A stretch of 52,163 bases of DNA from Clostridiales bacterium (GTDB lineage Bacteria > Bacillota > Clostridia > Christensenellales > JAISNN01), in assembly GCA_031273825.1 (NCBI GenBank), contig JAISRB010000092.1, positions 1-52,163 of the forward strand. Reading direction: 5' to 3'. Shown here piece by piece: positions 7,923 to 17,250 of this stretch. The position numbers were made by a program, and so were the translations under genes. Within the stretch, counting starts at the first letter, position 1; every line of letters begins with the position of its first letter. The notes below the pieces were generated by a model, which was not told the origin of the DNA, searched no databases, and saw only the letters and a list, made by a program, of their open reading frames with translations.

Positions 7923-10509
7923 AGCCCCTTATGCAATCTATCGGTTTCATTTTGTTTAGCTTGACTATAGGCAGCGTCGTCGCGATCAGGAGAATTGCCG
8001 CCATGAGCGACAGAGTATACAAGAAAGGGCGGTAGGAGAGGGTCAGCATAGAGGCGTAGCGGATCAAGGACGACCCGTAGCTTGCGACAAAATTTGAATA
8101 TAGTATATTATTCAAAAGCAAGGTCAAAGATATTATGAGGACGGAGCAGAGAATCGCGCTCATGATAAAGATTATCAGAGCCTGCAGCAAAAAGGCCTTT
8201 GAGATGTCCGCGCCGCGGACGCCCATTGCGCGGAGGATTCCGATTTCGTTTTTGCGGTCTTTGATATTTGACAGCATAAAGTCAAAGATAAACAGCGTCG
8301 CGACGAGGGCGATCAAAACGCTTATATAGGTAAAGACGGTTTTATAGACGGTCAGGTCGTTGAACATCTGATATATATAATACGAAATATTGCCGTAGTG
8401 AAAATAGGAGTCGGCGACGAGTGAATTTATCAAGGCTATTCTATCGGCGCGCGACGCGGGAAGCTTTGTGTGATAGGCTATGAGAAAGGGGCTTGTGTTT
8501 GCCGCATAAAAAAAGTCCGCGTCGGTAAAGACGACGGCGTAATCCTTTTTGATATAGTCGTCGTTTGAGCCGTTAAAAACGCCCGCTACCCTATAAGGGC
8601 CGAGGATAAGCGTGTCATACGGATAGGTATAGCGGTGGTGATCATAAAAATACTCCTTATCGGGAGAAAAGCTTTCGCCGAATACGGCAAAGAACAGCTT
8701 TGAGGAAAGAATAACCTCGCCGTCCGACAGCGCGTTTTTTCCGTTTGACCACGTTATGCGCGGACGCGTAGGCGAGGCGGACGACAGGCTTGTCACCTCG
8801 TCAAAATATGACGAGCTAAAGAGGTGAAAGCTTCCGTCGAGCATGGTTTTTGTGAACAGCCCTTCGTGAAAGCCCTCCGCGACGTACAGCGCGGTATAGT
8901 AGTTTGTATAATAGAGCATAGAATAAAAGCTATAATACGCCGGGTCGTTGTCGATATCATAGCCGGTCGCGCTGAAGCAGTCGGCGTATTTTTCAAAGTC
9001 CGTCTTTAAGACCGCCGAAACATAGATGAATTCGTTGCGGAAATCGACGGTTTTGCCGACTAATTCCTCCGCGTCAAGCCCCGAAAGGGAGTTGCCGTCG
9101 GCGTCGAACGCTCCGAAAGTTTTTATCATATAGGCGGCGTAGTCGGTTATTGCGGCGTGATAACGGCCGTTTTCGTCGCGTTCGCCGCTTGCCGGAAATT
9201 CGCCCGCCAAGACCGAATAGCCGTAATCGCCGAGGCGTTCGGCTCTTGTCTCAAAATAGCCGCGGATATGCGCGTAATATGACCAATAGCCGAAATTTGT
9301 GTCGTTAAAGACCAGATATTCGCGGTTGAGATAATAATATTTGTCTAAGTAATCTATGTTTTCATTTTTTAGCAGGGCTTCCCCGTCGTAGTCATACAAG
9401 GCGCGCCAATCGTATTCGACATAGCCGAACGGCGGAATTTTTTCTGCGCGTTCTATGAGAATTCCGTCGTCGCCGAATTTTTCAAAGGAATCCGCGCTTA
9501 CCGCGCCGATATCATAGCCGGCAAAGACGTTGGATATGCCAAAAACCGTCAGAGATATAAAGATGAGAAAGACCGACAGCAAAAACTTGACTTTTTGATG
9601 CAGAATCTTTGTAAAGGCAAGCTTAAAAAGAGTTTTGAAGGGCAGCTTAGTCTTGCCGGAGGAGACGTATATTCCTTCGTCCTTTAAATGCGGCCGATAG
9701 TCGTTGTAGCGCGTTTCCGGAGAAAAAGACAAACGCTTTTTTTTGCGCGCGTTTAGACAGGCGACCAATTTGTCCGAGACGGGCGCGTCGCGATAGACGG
9801 CGATATTATCGCGTCTTATATAAACGGCTCTTTCAAAATTATCGTTTTTTATAACGTCGCCGATGATTTTGCCGTCGGACATTTGAATTATTCTGTCGGC
9901 GTATTTTTCCGCGCCGTCTAAGTCGTGAGTGACGACTATGACGAGCTTGTCCTTTGACAATTCCTTCAGAGCGTCAAATATGACGGCTCCGTTCTTTTTG
10001 TCGAGGTTGCCCGTCGGCTCGTCCGCAAGGATAATTTTAGGATTTTTTGTCAGCGTTCTTGCGATTGCGGCGCGCTGCTTTTGACCGCCCGACAGCTGAT
10101 TGATTTTGCGGTTTTCAAGCCCGTCTAAGCCCACCTTAGAGAGAATTTTTTCGGCTTCTATGCCGTCTAATCCGCGCCCGTTTATCTCTCTTGCGACGCG
10201 CAAATTTTCGATGACCGTAAAGTCGGAAAGCAGATTGAAATCTTGAAATATTACGCCTATATATCCGTTTCGGTAATCGTCCGCATCGGCGGTCGAAAAG
10301 ACGCTTTTGTTGTCTATAACGACCTCGCCGCTATCGGGCGCGTCGAGCATTCCGATGATATTTAACAGAGTCGTTTTGCCGCACCCGCTTTTTCCCGTGA
10401 CAAAGACAAGCCCCGCACCCGGAAACTCCAACGAAACGCCGTCTAAGGCCTTAAATTGGTTCTTTTTGCCTTTGTTGTAGATTTTTGTTATGTTTTTTAG
10501 TTTTAACAT
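7921..10509 (-). CDS. Fused ABC transporter: N-terminal ATPase plus MacB/FtsX-type permease with a large extracytoplasmic domain
   Basis: Walker A GKSGCGKTT, signature LSGGQKQR and Walker B ILADEPTGNLD are present. The C-terminal FtsX-type motif is RKNEIGILRAMGVRGADISKAF, followed by 3 TM helices. Confidence 0.9.
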   Translation of the reverse strand: MLKLKNITKIYNKGKKNQFKALDGVSLEFPGAGLVFVTGKSGCGKTTLLNIIGMLDAPDSGEVVIDNKSVFSTADADDYRNGYIGVIFQDFNLLSDFTVIENLRVAREINGRGLDGIEAEKILSKVGLDGLENRKINQLSGGQKQRAAIARTLTKNPKIILADEPTGNLDKKNGAVIFDALKELSKDKLVIVVTHDLDGAEKYADRIIQMSDGKIIGDVIKNDNFERAVYIRRDNIAVYRDAPVSDKLVACLNARKKKRLSFSPETRYNDYRPHLKDEGIYVSSGKTKLPFKTLFKLAFTKILHQKVKFLLSVFLIFISLTVFGISNVFAGYDIGAVSADSFEKFGDDGILIERAEKIPPFGYVEYDWRALYDYDGEALLKNENIDYLDKYYYLNREYLVFNDTNFGYWSYYAHIRGYFETRAERLGDYGYSVLAGEFPASGERDENGRYHAAITDYAAYMIKTFGAFDADGNSLSGLDAEELVGKTVDFRNEFIYVSAVLKTDFEKYADCFSATGYDIDNDPAYYSFYSMLYYTNYYTALYVAEGFHEGLFTKTMLDGSFHLFSSSYFDEVTSLSSASPTRPRITWSNGKNALSDGEVILSSKLFFAVFGESFSPDKEYFYDHHRYTYPYDTLILGPYRVAGVFNGSNDDYIKKDYAVVFTDADFFYAANTSPFLIAYHTKLPASRADRIALINSLVADSYFHYGNISYYIYQMFNDLTVYKTVFTYISVLIALVATLFIFDFMLSNIKDRKNEIGILRAMGVRGADISKAFLLQALIIFIMSAILCSVLIISLTLLLNNILYSNFVASYGSSLIRYASMLTLSYRPFLYTLSLMAAILLIATTLPIVKLNKMKPIDCIRG

Positions 10510-10515
10510 AATAAG

Positions 10516-13500
10516 CTATTCCTTTTTCATTGCCTCAACGGGAGACAGCCGCGAAATTTTTAGCGTCGGATATATAACCGAAACAACGCCTATGACTATT
10601 ATCGCAACGGCGTTGATTATATAGGGCAGCTCGGTTACGTATAGCAGGACGATTAGCTTTATCAATTCTTGCGACAAAAACCGTATTCCTTGGGCGACGG
10701 CGGCATTTGCGATATTGCAGACCAAATCGACCGCGAGAGAGGACAAAATCAGAACGGAGACGATGGTCGCCGCGCTTTCGACGAGATAAATTTTGATGAT
10801 ATCAGGAGCTTTCATGCCGAGAGCCTTCATGACGCCGATATCCTTTTGCTTTTTTGTAATCGCGGTAATCAAAAACATCGGCATGGCGGTCAGCGCGATC
10901 AGCGCGATCAAAATTGCGACGGGAATAAACACCGCCTTTAGATTGTCAATCGTAGGCGCGACATAGGAGAGCAGCGTCGAATAAATCGAAACGCTTTGAA
11001 GTCCGTTTTTTTGCATATAAGAAAAAAGCGCGGAGGCCTCGTCAGCCGTTATCGACACGCGGATTGCGGAGATTTTGCTCAAAGCCCCGACGGTTTCGGC
11101 AAAGCCCTTGACGGATAATATTACGCCGAAGTCTCTCTCAAAGAGGTTTTCGCCCGAGGCGTTTTTGATGACGCCGACGACCTTATAGCCGCCGATCGGC
11201 ATTCCGTCTATAGGGTTTTCGACGGTATAGACCCTCGGATTGCTATCGAACGTAAAGCCGAAAAGATGAATAAAGGCGTTTTCGGTCATGACGACCTCAT
11301 TGTCGGCGAGGGCGTCGGACGGCGAATACCCGTCGGCATACCCGACAAGCCCCATAGCCGAATATTGCGCGAGGATACCGCTTGCTTCCGTCGAATAGTC
11401 AAAGACCGTCGTCATAAGCTTGCCGTTATAGCAGTTTTTTGAGAAACCTTTCGCGGCGTAGAGCCGCGCGTAATAGTTGTTTGCGTTAAAGGCGTAGTTC
11501 AAATATTCGACCTCTATCGATTGGCTCGGGTCGTTGACGTATTTGAAATATTTTTCCTTATATCCCGTGTCGAGGATTCCGACGACGCGGAGCGGACTGA
11601 TATTCGTCACGGAATTTAATTTGTTAAAGCAGTCTATCAAAACCGCCTCAAAGCCGCTGTGCAAAAACGCGCGCAGCTCCTCGCCCTCCGTCGGAATATT
11701 CAGGTCATAATACGGCGCGACGGCTGTGCCGAGGTGTTTCATGACGAGATAGACGAGAAAATCGGTGACGACTATTTCGTTCAGCCGTCTGCCTCCCTCA
11801 TATTCGGCGACGGGCAGACCCGTCGTCGGAAAGCGGCTTTGAAAGGAGACAACCGAATAATTATCTTTCAGCAAAATCAGTAGGTCGCCGACGGTTTGCG
11901 CGTTTTCGATTCCCGAAATTCCGCTAAACTCCGGGTTGTCTGTCAGGTTGTCAGGAAGCGGCGCGGACGGGTCGAATAAGTCAAAAAGCCCGAACCAAGC
12001 CGCAGGCGGCGCGGACGGGAGATTTTCGGGGTTAAAATATTCGGGATTGCTTTGAACGTACTCCAAAATCTCGGGATTTTCTCTCAAATAATCCCAAAAC
12101 TCCGTATTATTTCTTAAACGCTCCGGCAAATCGGGGTCGTTTTGAAGCTCCTCGAGAAAATCAGGATTGTTTTGCAGATCGTCCAAAAGGCCGGGGTTGG
12201 CGTTTATATATTCGACGATGTCCTGATTTTCGCTCAAAAAACCGGCGAACGTATAGAAGGCTAAAATATCCGCGGGCGAGTCTAAGACCGATTCGGGAAA
12301 GCCGTCGGGCAATAGGGAAACGTCAATTTGAGAGGGGTTTTGTTCGGCGTAGGCAAAAATATTCGGCACGTCGCTAAAATTCATGAGGGTATAGCCGAGC
12401 TTTGCAAGCTCGCTTCCCTCCATTTCAAAAACGCCGGTAACTCCCGTCAGACCGTCGGCGTCCGATTGCGTCAGATAGTCGGGAAATTCAAAGCCGAATA
12501 GCGGATATAGCTCCAAATAGCCGTCGGGATAGTCGGTCTTTAGTTCGGCTATAACGTCGCCGCTCATTTGACCGCCGTCTCTTTTTGTGATGATGACGTC
12601 GCTTTCGCCGTTTTTGATAAAGGTATGCGCGGCGGCCTGATATTCGTCATAAGAGACGATGACCGTCGAAAGCCCGAGCGTAGCAAACAAAACGACGCAA
12701 ATGACGATTGAGCTAAGGGTCTTTATCATTCTCGACGTTAGGTTTTTGTAGGCGAGAAAGAATATGTCCTTGCCCCTTAAGCCGCGGTTTTTCTTTTTTT
12801 TCGCGGCCTTATTTTTGCCGTCGGCTATAATGTGCGCGGAGTCGCGCTTTTCCGCGCAGTTTCCGTCGGCAACGGACGGTATAGAGCCGGATTTTTTTGC
12901 GTCAAAGGCGGCAAACTTCGTTTCCCTTGAGAGAATGACGGGCTTGTCGGCGTTTTCGTTCAATATATCCAAATCGTTTTGGTTAAGCCGCTTTCCGCGG
13001 AGCAGATATACGCCGTCGCCGTCCGTCGTCGTTTCGGCTATGTAGCGCGGATTTTTTAGCTTGTCCGAAACGACGCGCCCGTCTGACAGCTCTATTATTC
13101 TGTCGGCGTATTTTTCCGCGCTTTCTCTGTCGTGAGATACGACGACGACGAGGATTTTTTCCGATAGGCTTTTTAAGATGTCAAAGACTATTTTTCCGTT
13201 GGTCTCGTCGAGCTTTCCCGTCGGCTCGTCGGCGAGTATCAGCTTTGGCTTTTTGATTAAAGCCCTCGCAATCGCCACGCGTTGCCGCTCTCCGCCGGAC
13301 AGCTTGTTGACCTTTTTTTTGGCTTTATCACTTAACCCGACCGCCGAAAGGGCTTCGGCGGCTTTTTTTGAATCGACGCCCCCGCGTTTAAGACGCTCCG
13401 ACAGCAATATATTTTGCTCGGCGTTGAGACTCTTGTTGAGATTAAATTCCTGAAAGATAAAGCCTATCGTATTGTTTCTGTAGTCGTCATAATCGGACGC

Positions 13501-13713
13501 GCTTGTCAGCCGCCTCCCGTCGACCAAAATCTCTCCGTCGCACGGAACGTCAAAGCCGGCAATGAGGTTTAAGAGAGTAGACTTTCCCGAGCCTGATTTT
13601 CCAAGCACAAAGACGGTTCCCTTGTCGGGGAACGCGATATCGACGCCGTCTAAGGCCTTGACCTCCGCGTCGTCGGTTTTGTATGTCTTACTCAAATTTT
13701 TTATCAGCAACAT
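10516..13713 (-). CDS. Second fused ABC ATPase / MacB-FtsX-type permease with a very large extracytoplasmic domain
   Basis: Walker A GKSGSGKST, LSGGERQR, ILADEPTGKLD and the FtsX motif KQKDIGVMKALGMKAPDIIKIY are present. The start is taken at MLLIKNLSKTY (ATG 13713), because the longer track ORF (to 13794) would run through the promoter. No SD precedes this ATG. Confidence 0.88.
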   Translation of the reverse strand: MLLIKNLSKTYKTDDAEVKALDGVDIAFPDKGTVFVLGKSGSGKSTLLNLIAGFDVPCDGEILVDGRRLTSASDYDDYRNNTIGFIFQEFNLNKSLNAEQNILLSERLKRGGVDSKKAAEALSAVGLSDKAKKKVNKLSGGERQRVAIARALIKKPKLILADEPTGKLDETNGKIVFDILKSLSEKILVVVVSHDRESAEKYADRIIELSDGRVVSDKLKNPRYIAETTTDGDGVYLLRGKRLNQNDLDILNENADKPVILSRETKFAAFDAKKSGSIPSVADGNCAEKRDSAHIIADGKNKAAKKKKNRGLRGKDIFFLAYKNLTSRMIKTLSSIVICVVLFATLGLSTVIVSYDEYQAAAHTFIKNGESDVIITKRDGGQMSGDVIAELKTDYPDGYLELYPLFGFEFPDYLTQSDADGLTGVTGVFEMEGSELAKLGYTLMNFSDVPNIFAYAEQNPSQIDVSLLPDGFPESVLDSPADILAFYTFAGFLSENQDIVEYINANPGLLDDLQNNPDFLEELQNDPDLPERLRNNTEFWDYLRENPEILEYVQSNPEYFNPENLPSAPPAAWFGLFDLFDPSAPLPDNLTDNPEFSGISGIENAQTVGDLLILLKDNYSVVSFQSRFPTTGLPVAEYEGGRRLNEIVVTDFLVYLVMKHLGTAVAPYYDLNIPTEGEELRAFLHSGFEAVLIDCFNKLNSVTNISPLRVVGILDTGYKEKYFKYVNDPSQSIEVEYLNYAFNANNYYARLYAAKGFSKNCYNGKLMTTVFDYSTEASGILAQYSAMGLVGYADGYSPSDALADNEVVMTENAFIHLFGFTFDSNPRVYTVENPIDGMPIGGYKVVGVIKNASGENLFERDFGVILSVKGFAETVGALSKISAIRVSITADEASALFSYMQKNGLQSVSIYSTLLSYVAPTIDNLKAVFIPVAILIALIALTAMPMFLITAITKKQKDIGVMKALGMKAPDIIKIYLVESAATIVSVLILSSLAVDLVCNIANAAVAQGIRFLSQELIKLIVLLYVTELPYIINAVAIIVIGVVSVIYPTLKISRLSPVEAMKKE

Positions 13714-13714
13714 A

Positions 13715-13764
13715 TATTTATTATACACGATAAACGGCGGTTTTGCAAGAGGTAATTTGGATAT
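13715..13764. repeat. Copy 1 of a perfect 50-bp direct repeat (partner at 15413-15462)
   Basis: tatttattatacacgataaacggcggttttgcaagaggtaatttggatat is identical at both sites. The flanking bases differ on both sides. Confidence 0.95.
13720..13748 (-). promoter_or_regulatory. Near-consensus promoter inside repeat copy 1, 6 nt upstream of the ABC ATG (leaderless geometry)
   Basis: On the minus strand: TTGCAA (13748-13743), a 17-nt spacer, TATAAT (13725-13720), then aaatat-ATG (13713). Confidence 0.6.
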
Positions 13765-13772
13765 CCGTTTTT

Positions 13773-15314
13773 TTATTTCGCCTTGACCGCCCAATAGCCG
13801 TCGCGCTTGCCGTTATTTCGTTCAAGCAAGCCTTTTTCTTGAAGTTTGTTCGTCAGCCTCTTTGCGGTTCTTTCTGATTTTTTGATATGCGCGGCAATTT
13901 CCTTTTGAGTCGCCCGCGGATTTTGACGCAGAAACTTTATGACGTTTTCTTCGTCCAAAGTATCATCATCGCCCAAAACACCATTCAAAGTGCCATTCAA
14001 AGTGCCATTATCATCATTCAAAGTGCCATCATCGCCCAAAACGCCGTTCAAAGTGTCATTCAAAGTGCCATCATCATCATTCAAAGTGCCACCATCATTC
14101 AAAGCGTCCTTTGATTGCGCCTTAAACCGCGCCGTATCAAACGAGTAGCTATCGTTGAGCGGTACTATTATCTTAAAAATATCGCCCTCGATAAATTGCG
14201 GCTCCTTGCCCGAATACAGCTTTGTATATTTGTATAGATTGCGCACGCCCGACCCGAGCGTATCGGCGTAGCCTATGTTTCGGAAGAACGCCGCTATTAT
14301 CGGATTCTTTGGGTTTGGGGTAAAGTTGTCGGGCGTAATCGCTCCTATACCCGCGGCGCGGTTGGCGTTCGACACATACATTTTATCCTTTTCAATCACG
14401 AAGTTAGCGATATATGAGCTTGTAAATTCGCGGTGCATAAGCGAATTGACAAGCATTTCGCGGGCTATCGCGCTTCTGAGCGACACTCTCGCGTCGCCGT
14501 CCAAATAAAACTTATCCCACAAATGCTTTGCGGCAAAGCCGATTAAAAGGTCATAGCTCTCTATCAGGTTGGTTTCTACTATAAGTCTGTCGTCGTAGCG
14601 GTCGGCGTTTACCTTGCGCAGCAACGCGTCCGTCAAATAAGTCGGGCAGACGGACTTTATGACGTCGTCCTTGCCGAGCAGCATTACCGCGGCGAGATTG
14701 TAGCCCGTTTTGCCCGTTTCCGCATCTCTGCCCATAAGCCCCGCGCTTATAACAAGTTCATTGTCCGACAAGCCCTTCCACGTGTGTTCAAATTGTCTGT
14801 TTACCGCCATTTGCCGAACGCGGGAAATTAAATCAAACCGCAGGTCGTTATCTTTTATATAAGGAAAAATCTTTTTTTCGGTATAAACGTTCTGTTTGCG
14901 GATATATAATTGTGCGATTTGTCCCGTCGCCGTGACCTTGACGTCGGCGTCGTCCACGCGGTCATAAATGGTTTTTTTGTAGGTGTGAACCTCCGACGAC
15001 GGCGGAATATGAATTTGAACGACGGTTTTGCCCTCATAATCAAAAGCCTCCGGTGCAAGATAAACCGTCGGATTTATTACCTCCTGATTGCCGACCATTT
15101 TTATAATATTTTTTATGATATCCGAAACCGCGTTTTTTGCAACGCCGCAAACCGTGCCGTTGTCCTCAACGCCAAAATAAATATCACCGCCGAAGCGGTT
15201 CAAAAACGAGCATATCGTCTGATATGTGTCGTCGTCAATCTTTCCTCCGCGCTTAAACTCAACCGCTATGTTTTCACCCACGGCAAGCGTCAGCCGAAAC
15301 CTTTTAACGTCCAT
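13773..15314 (-). CDS. AlbA_2 (Schlafen-like) domain protein with an HATPase_c_4-like middle region and a C-terminal winged-helix; often auto-annotated 'RecG-like helicase / transcriptional regulator'
   Basis: The N-terminus ENIAVEFKRG...TICSFLNRFGGDIYFGVEDNGTVCGV fits the AlbA_2 signature as I recall it. The C-terminal wHTH reads NPRATQKEIAAHIKKSERTAKRLTNKLQEKGLLERNNGKRDGYWAV. An internal GTLN/D-rich tandem-repeat linker is present. An AAGGGGA RBS precedes the ATG at 15314. Confidence 0.8.
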   Translation of the reverse strand: MDVKRFRLTLAVGENIAVEFKRGGKIDDDTYQTICSFLNRFGGDIYFGVEDNGTVCGVAKNAVSDIIKNIIKMVGNQEVINPTVYLAPEAFDYEGKTVVQIHIPPSSEVHTYKKTIYDRVDDADVKVTATGQIAQLYIRKQNVYTEKKIFPYIKDNDLRFDLISRVRQMAVNRQFEHTWKGLSDNELVISAGLMGRDAETGKTGYNLAAVMLLGKDDVIKSVCPTYLTDALLRKVNADRYDDRLIVETNLIESYDLLIGFAAKHLWDKFYLDGDARVSLRSAIAREMLVNSLMHREFTSSYIANFVIEKDKMYVSNANRAAGIGAITPDNFTPNPKNPIIAAFFRNIGYADTLGSGVRNLYKYTKLYSGKEPQFIEGDIFKIIVPLNDSYSFDTARFKAQSKDALNDGGTLNDDDGTLNDTLNGVLGDDGTLNDDNGTLNGTLNGVLGDDDTLDEENVIKFLRQNPRATQKEIAAHIKKSERTAKRLTNKLQEKGLLERNNGKRDGYWAVKAK

Positions 15315-15412
15315 TATTTTTTATCCCCTTTTGGCGTTTTCCTTTCGGGTATTATTTTAGTCATATTCGCGGCCTTGCAATCAAATCGGCGTTGCAAATT
15401 TTTATGATGCGC

Positions 15413-15462
15413 TATTTATTATACACGATAAACGGCGGTTTTGCAAGAGGTAATTTGGATAT
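15413..15462. repeat. Copy 2 of the perfect 50-bp direct repeat
   Basis: Identical to 13715-13764, with an offset of exactly 1698 bp. Confidence 0.95.
15418..15446 (-). promoter_or_regulatory. Duplicated promoter (TTGCAA-17-TATAAT) now positioned to drive the AlbA_2 gene
   Basis: Same sequence as 13720-13748. It sits about 100 nt upstream of the ATG at 15314. Confidence 0.55.
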
Positions 15463-15549
15463 GTCGGAAAATCGCGGGGCTTTAATGGTTTTAGCCTCAA
15501 ATTTTTATTTAAAAGCCGTCAAAAACGGGTTGACCGGCTTGCAAAACGA

Positions 15550-15578
15550 TTGACAAGCGCGGCGATAATATATATAAT
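15550..15578 (+). promoter_or_regulatory. Consensus sigmaA promoter for the lipoprotein/argS unit
   Basis: TTGACA (15550-15555), a 17-nt spacer, then TATAAT (15573-15578). Confidence 0.7.
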
Positions 15579-15665
15579 ATTATGTAAGGCTATCTATAAA
15601 TAAGGCCTTAGGCGGGGCGTCGTTTGACGCCGCGACCGCCGGGAATTAACGGAGTAAGATAATAA

Positions 15666-17231
15666 ATGAAAAATTTTAAGAGAATACTCATTGTCGTATT
15701 GAGTTTTGTCATGCTGTTTAGTCTCGCGTCCTGCACGCCCAAGTTAGAGGGCGGCGACAAAAACGCCGAGGTAAGCGGCAACGGTTCGCTTGTCGTCAGA
15801 CAGGGCGACTATATTTATTTTGTCAACGGAATGACGTCGGAGGCGTTGATTCAGGACGACGCGGAGGCAAAGCTTGAACCCGTCAAGGGGGCGATATTGC
15901 GCCAAAAGATAAACGCGTCGACGGGCGCGCTCGAGGGCAACCCCGAGACTGTCGTCAAGGAGGCTTTGTTTACGACCTATAAGGGCGGCGGCATATATAT
16001 CTTTGACGAATGGATTTATTATGTCACGCCGAATACCGGAAAGAACAAGAGCGGGACTATGCTTATGACGCAAACCCTTTTGAAACGGACAAAAATCGAC
16101 GGCTCAAAGACTAAGACTATAGCCACGCTCAAGGATAACGACAGCTTTAAGTCGGGCTTTGAGTTTAAGGTGACGAGAAATTATTTCTTTTATCTCGACA
16201 GCGGCAAGCTCCAAGCCATAGACCTGCAAAAAAACAACTTCAAGGTGACGACCGTCGCCGAGGACGTTACGGGCATGATAATCCCTAAGGCCGACACATA
16301 TAAGCCTAACTCCAATCCGGGGATATTCGACTACGTCATATTTACGCAAAGCTCTGAGGAGGAGGTGACGGGGCTTTCTCACAACATAGTCAAGATGACC
16401 AACGGAACCGACACGAGGACGTTGATTTCCGACAGCGCGTATTTTGAAAACCCGAACGGCGGCTGGATTGCCAACATAAAGAGCATATACAACTATTCGG
16501 TGGTCAGCGCGGGCTACGAGGGCAACGACCTAATCGTCTATCTCAACAAAAACAGGGTCGCGCCTAACAACGGAACCGAGGAGGCCGAGGGGCTTTTTGA
16601 ATATCGCTTTAAGGAAAGCGAGGGCTACGCGTTCAAAAAAGAAAACGCCTACAGAGTTTCAAAAATTTCTCTGACGGCATTTTTGCCTTTGGGCTACGGC
16701 AAGGGCGTTTTGACGAGCGACTCGTCGGCTAACGGAATACTTTATTATAAGGGAACGACAAACCTCGACACGAGCAACGCCGATTCCGTGCCTAAGCCGG
16801 TCAAGGTCTACGGCGCGGCGGTCAATTTGTTGACGGTCGGCGGCAACGTTGACTCCGGCATAATCTATCTTTACTACACCGACGGAAGCGAATCGGGCGC
16901 GCTAAAGAGAGTCAAGGCCGACGTCAACAACGGCTCGTCCCCGGACGACGATTACGCCGGCTATAAGCCTGCCGGAAACAATCAGATTTTGATTCGCTCC
17001 GACGTCACGGTCAGCTGGATGCAGCCGGTTTTCAGAACCTACGGAAGCGCGACGTATTTTTATTTTATCTACGCGTATGACTACAACTATCTCGCCAGAA
17101 TCAAAATCAATCCGTCGGATTCTCCGTCGATAGCCGACCATGACGACAGAGGCGAATACTCCAAGATATCGACGCTCGGGATATTCAGCGACGCGGATAA
17201 AAAGCTTTTTGACGAGAGAGCCAACGCCTAA
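15666..17231 (+). CDS. Putative lipoprotein of unknown function (beta-rich, possibly propeller-like)
   Basis: The signal peptide with lipobox reads MKNFKRILIVVLSFVMLFSLASC. A GGAG RBS is present. The 521-aa protein has no catalytic motif I recognise. Confidence 0.75.
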   Translation: MKNFKRILIVVLSFVMLFSLASCTPKLEGGDKNAEVSGNGSLVVRQGDYIYFVNGMTSEALIQDDAEAKLEPVKGAILRQKINASTGALEGNPETVVKEALFTTYKGGGIYIFDEWIYYVTPNTGKNKSGTMLMTQTLLKRTKIDGSKTKTIATLKDNDSFKSGFEFKVTRNYFFYLDSGKLQAIDLQKNNFKVTTVAEDVTGMIIPKADTYKPNSNPGIFDYVIFTQSSEEEVTGLSHNIVKMTNGTDTRTLISDSAYFENPNGGWIANIKSIYNYSVVSAGYEGNDLIVYLNKNRVAPNNGTEEAEGLFEYRFKESEGYAFKKENAYRVSKISLTAFLPLGYGKGVLTSDSSANGILYYKGTTNLDTSNADSVPKPVKVYGAAVNLLTVGGNVDSGIIYLYYTDGSESGALKRVKADVNNGSSPDDDYAGYKPAGNNQILIRSDVTVSWMQPVFRTYGSATYFYFIYAYDYNYLARIKINPSDSPSIADHDDRGEYSKISTLGIFSDADKKLFDERANA

Positions 17232-17250
17232 TCGGATAAAATCGGCAGTT

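Noticed and set aside
13714-13794. N-terminal extension of the ABC gene (track start 13794)
   Set aside because: The extension would read through the duplicated promoter and into the stop of the AlbA_2 gene. The conserved ABC N-terminus begins at MLLIKNL.
17140-17250. T-box leaders upstream of argS or leuS
   Set aside because: argS starts 20 nt after the preceding gene and leuS 31 nt after the phosphohexomutase gene. There is no room for a T-box, and I saw no specifier or T-box motif.
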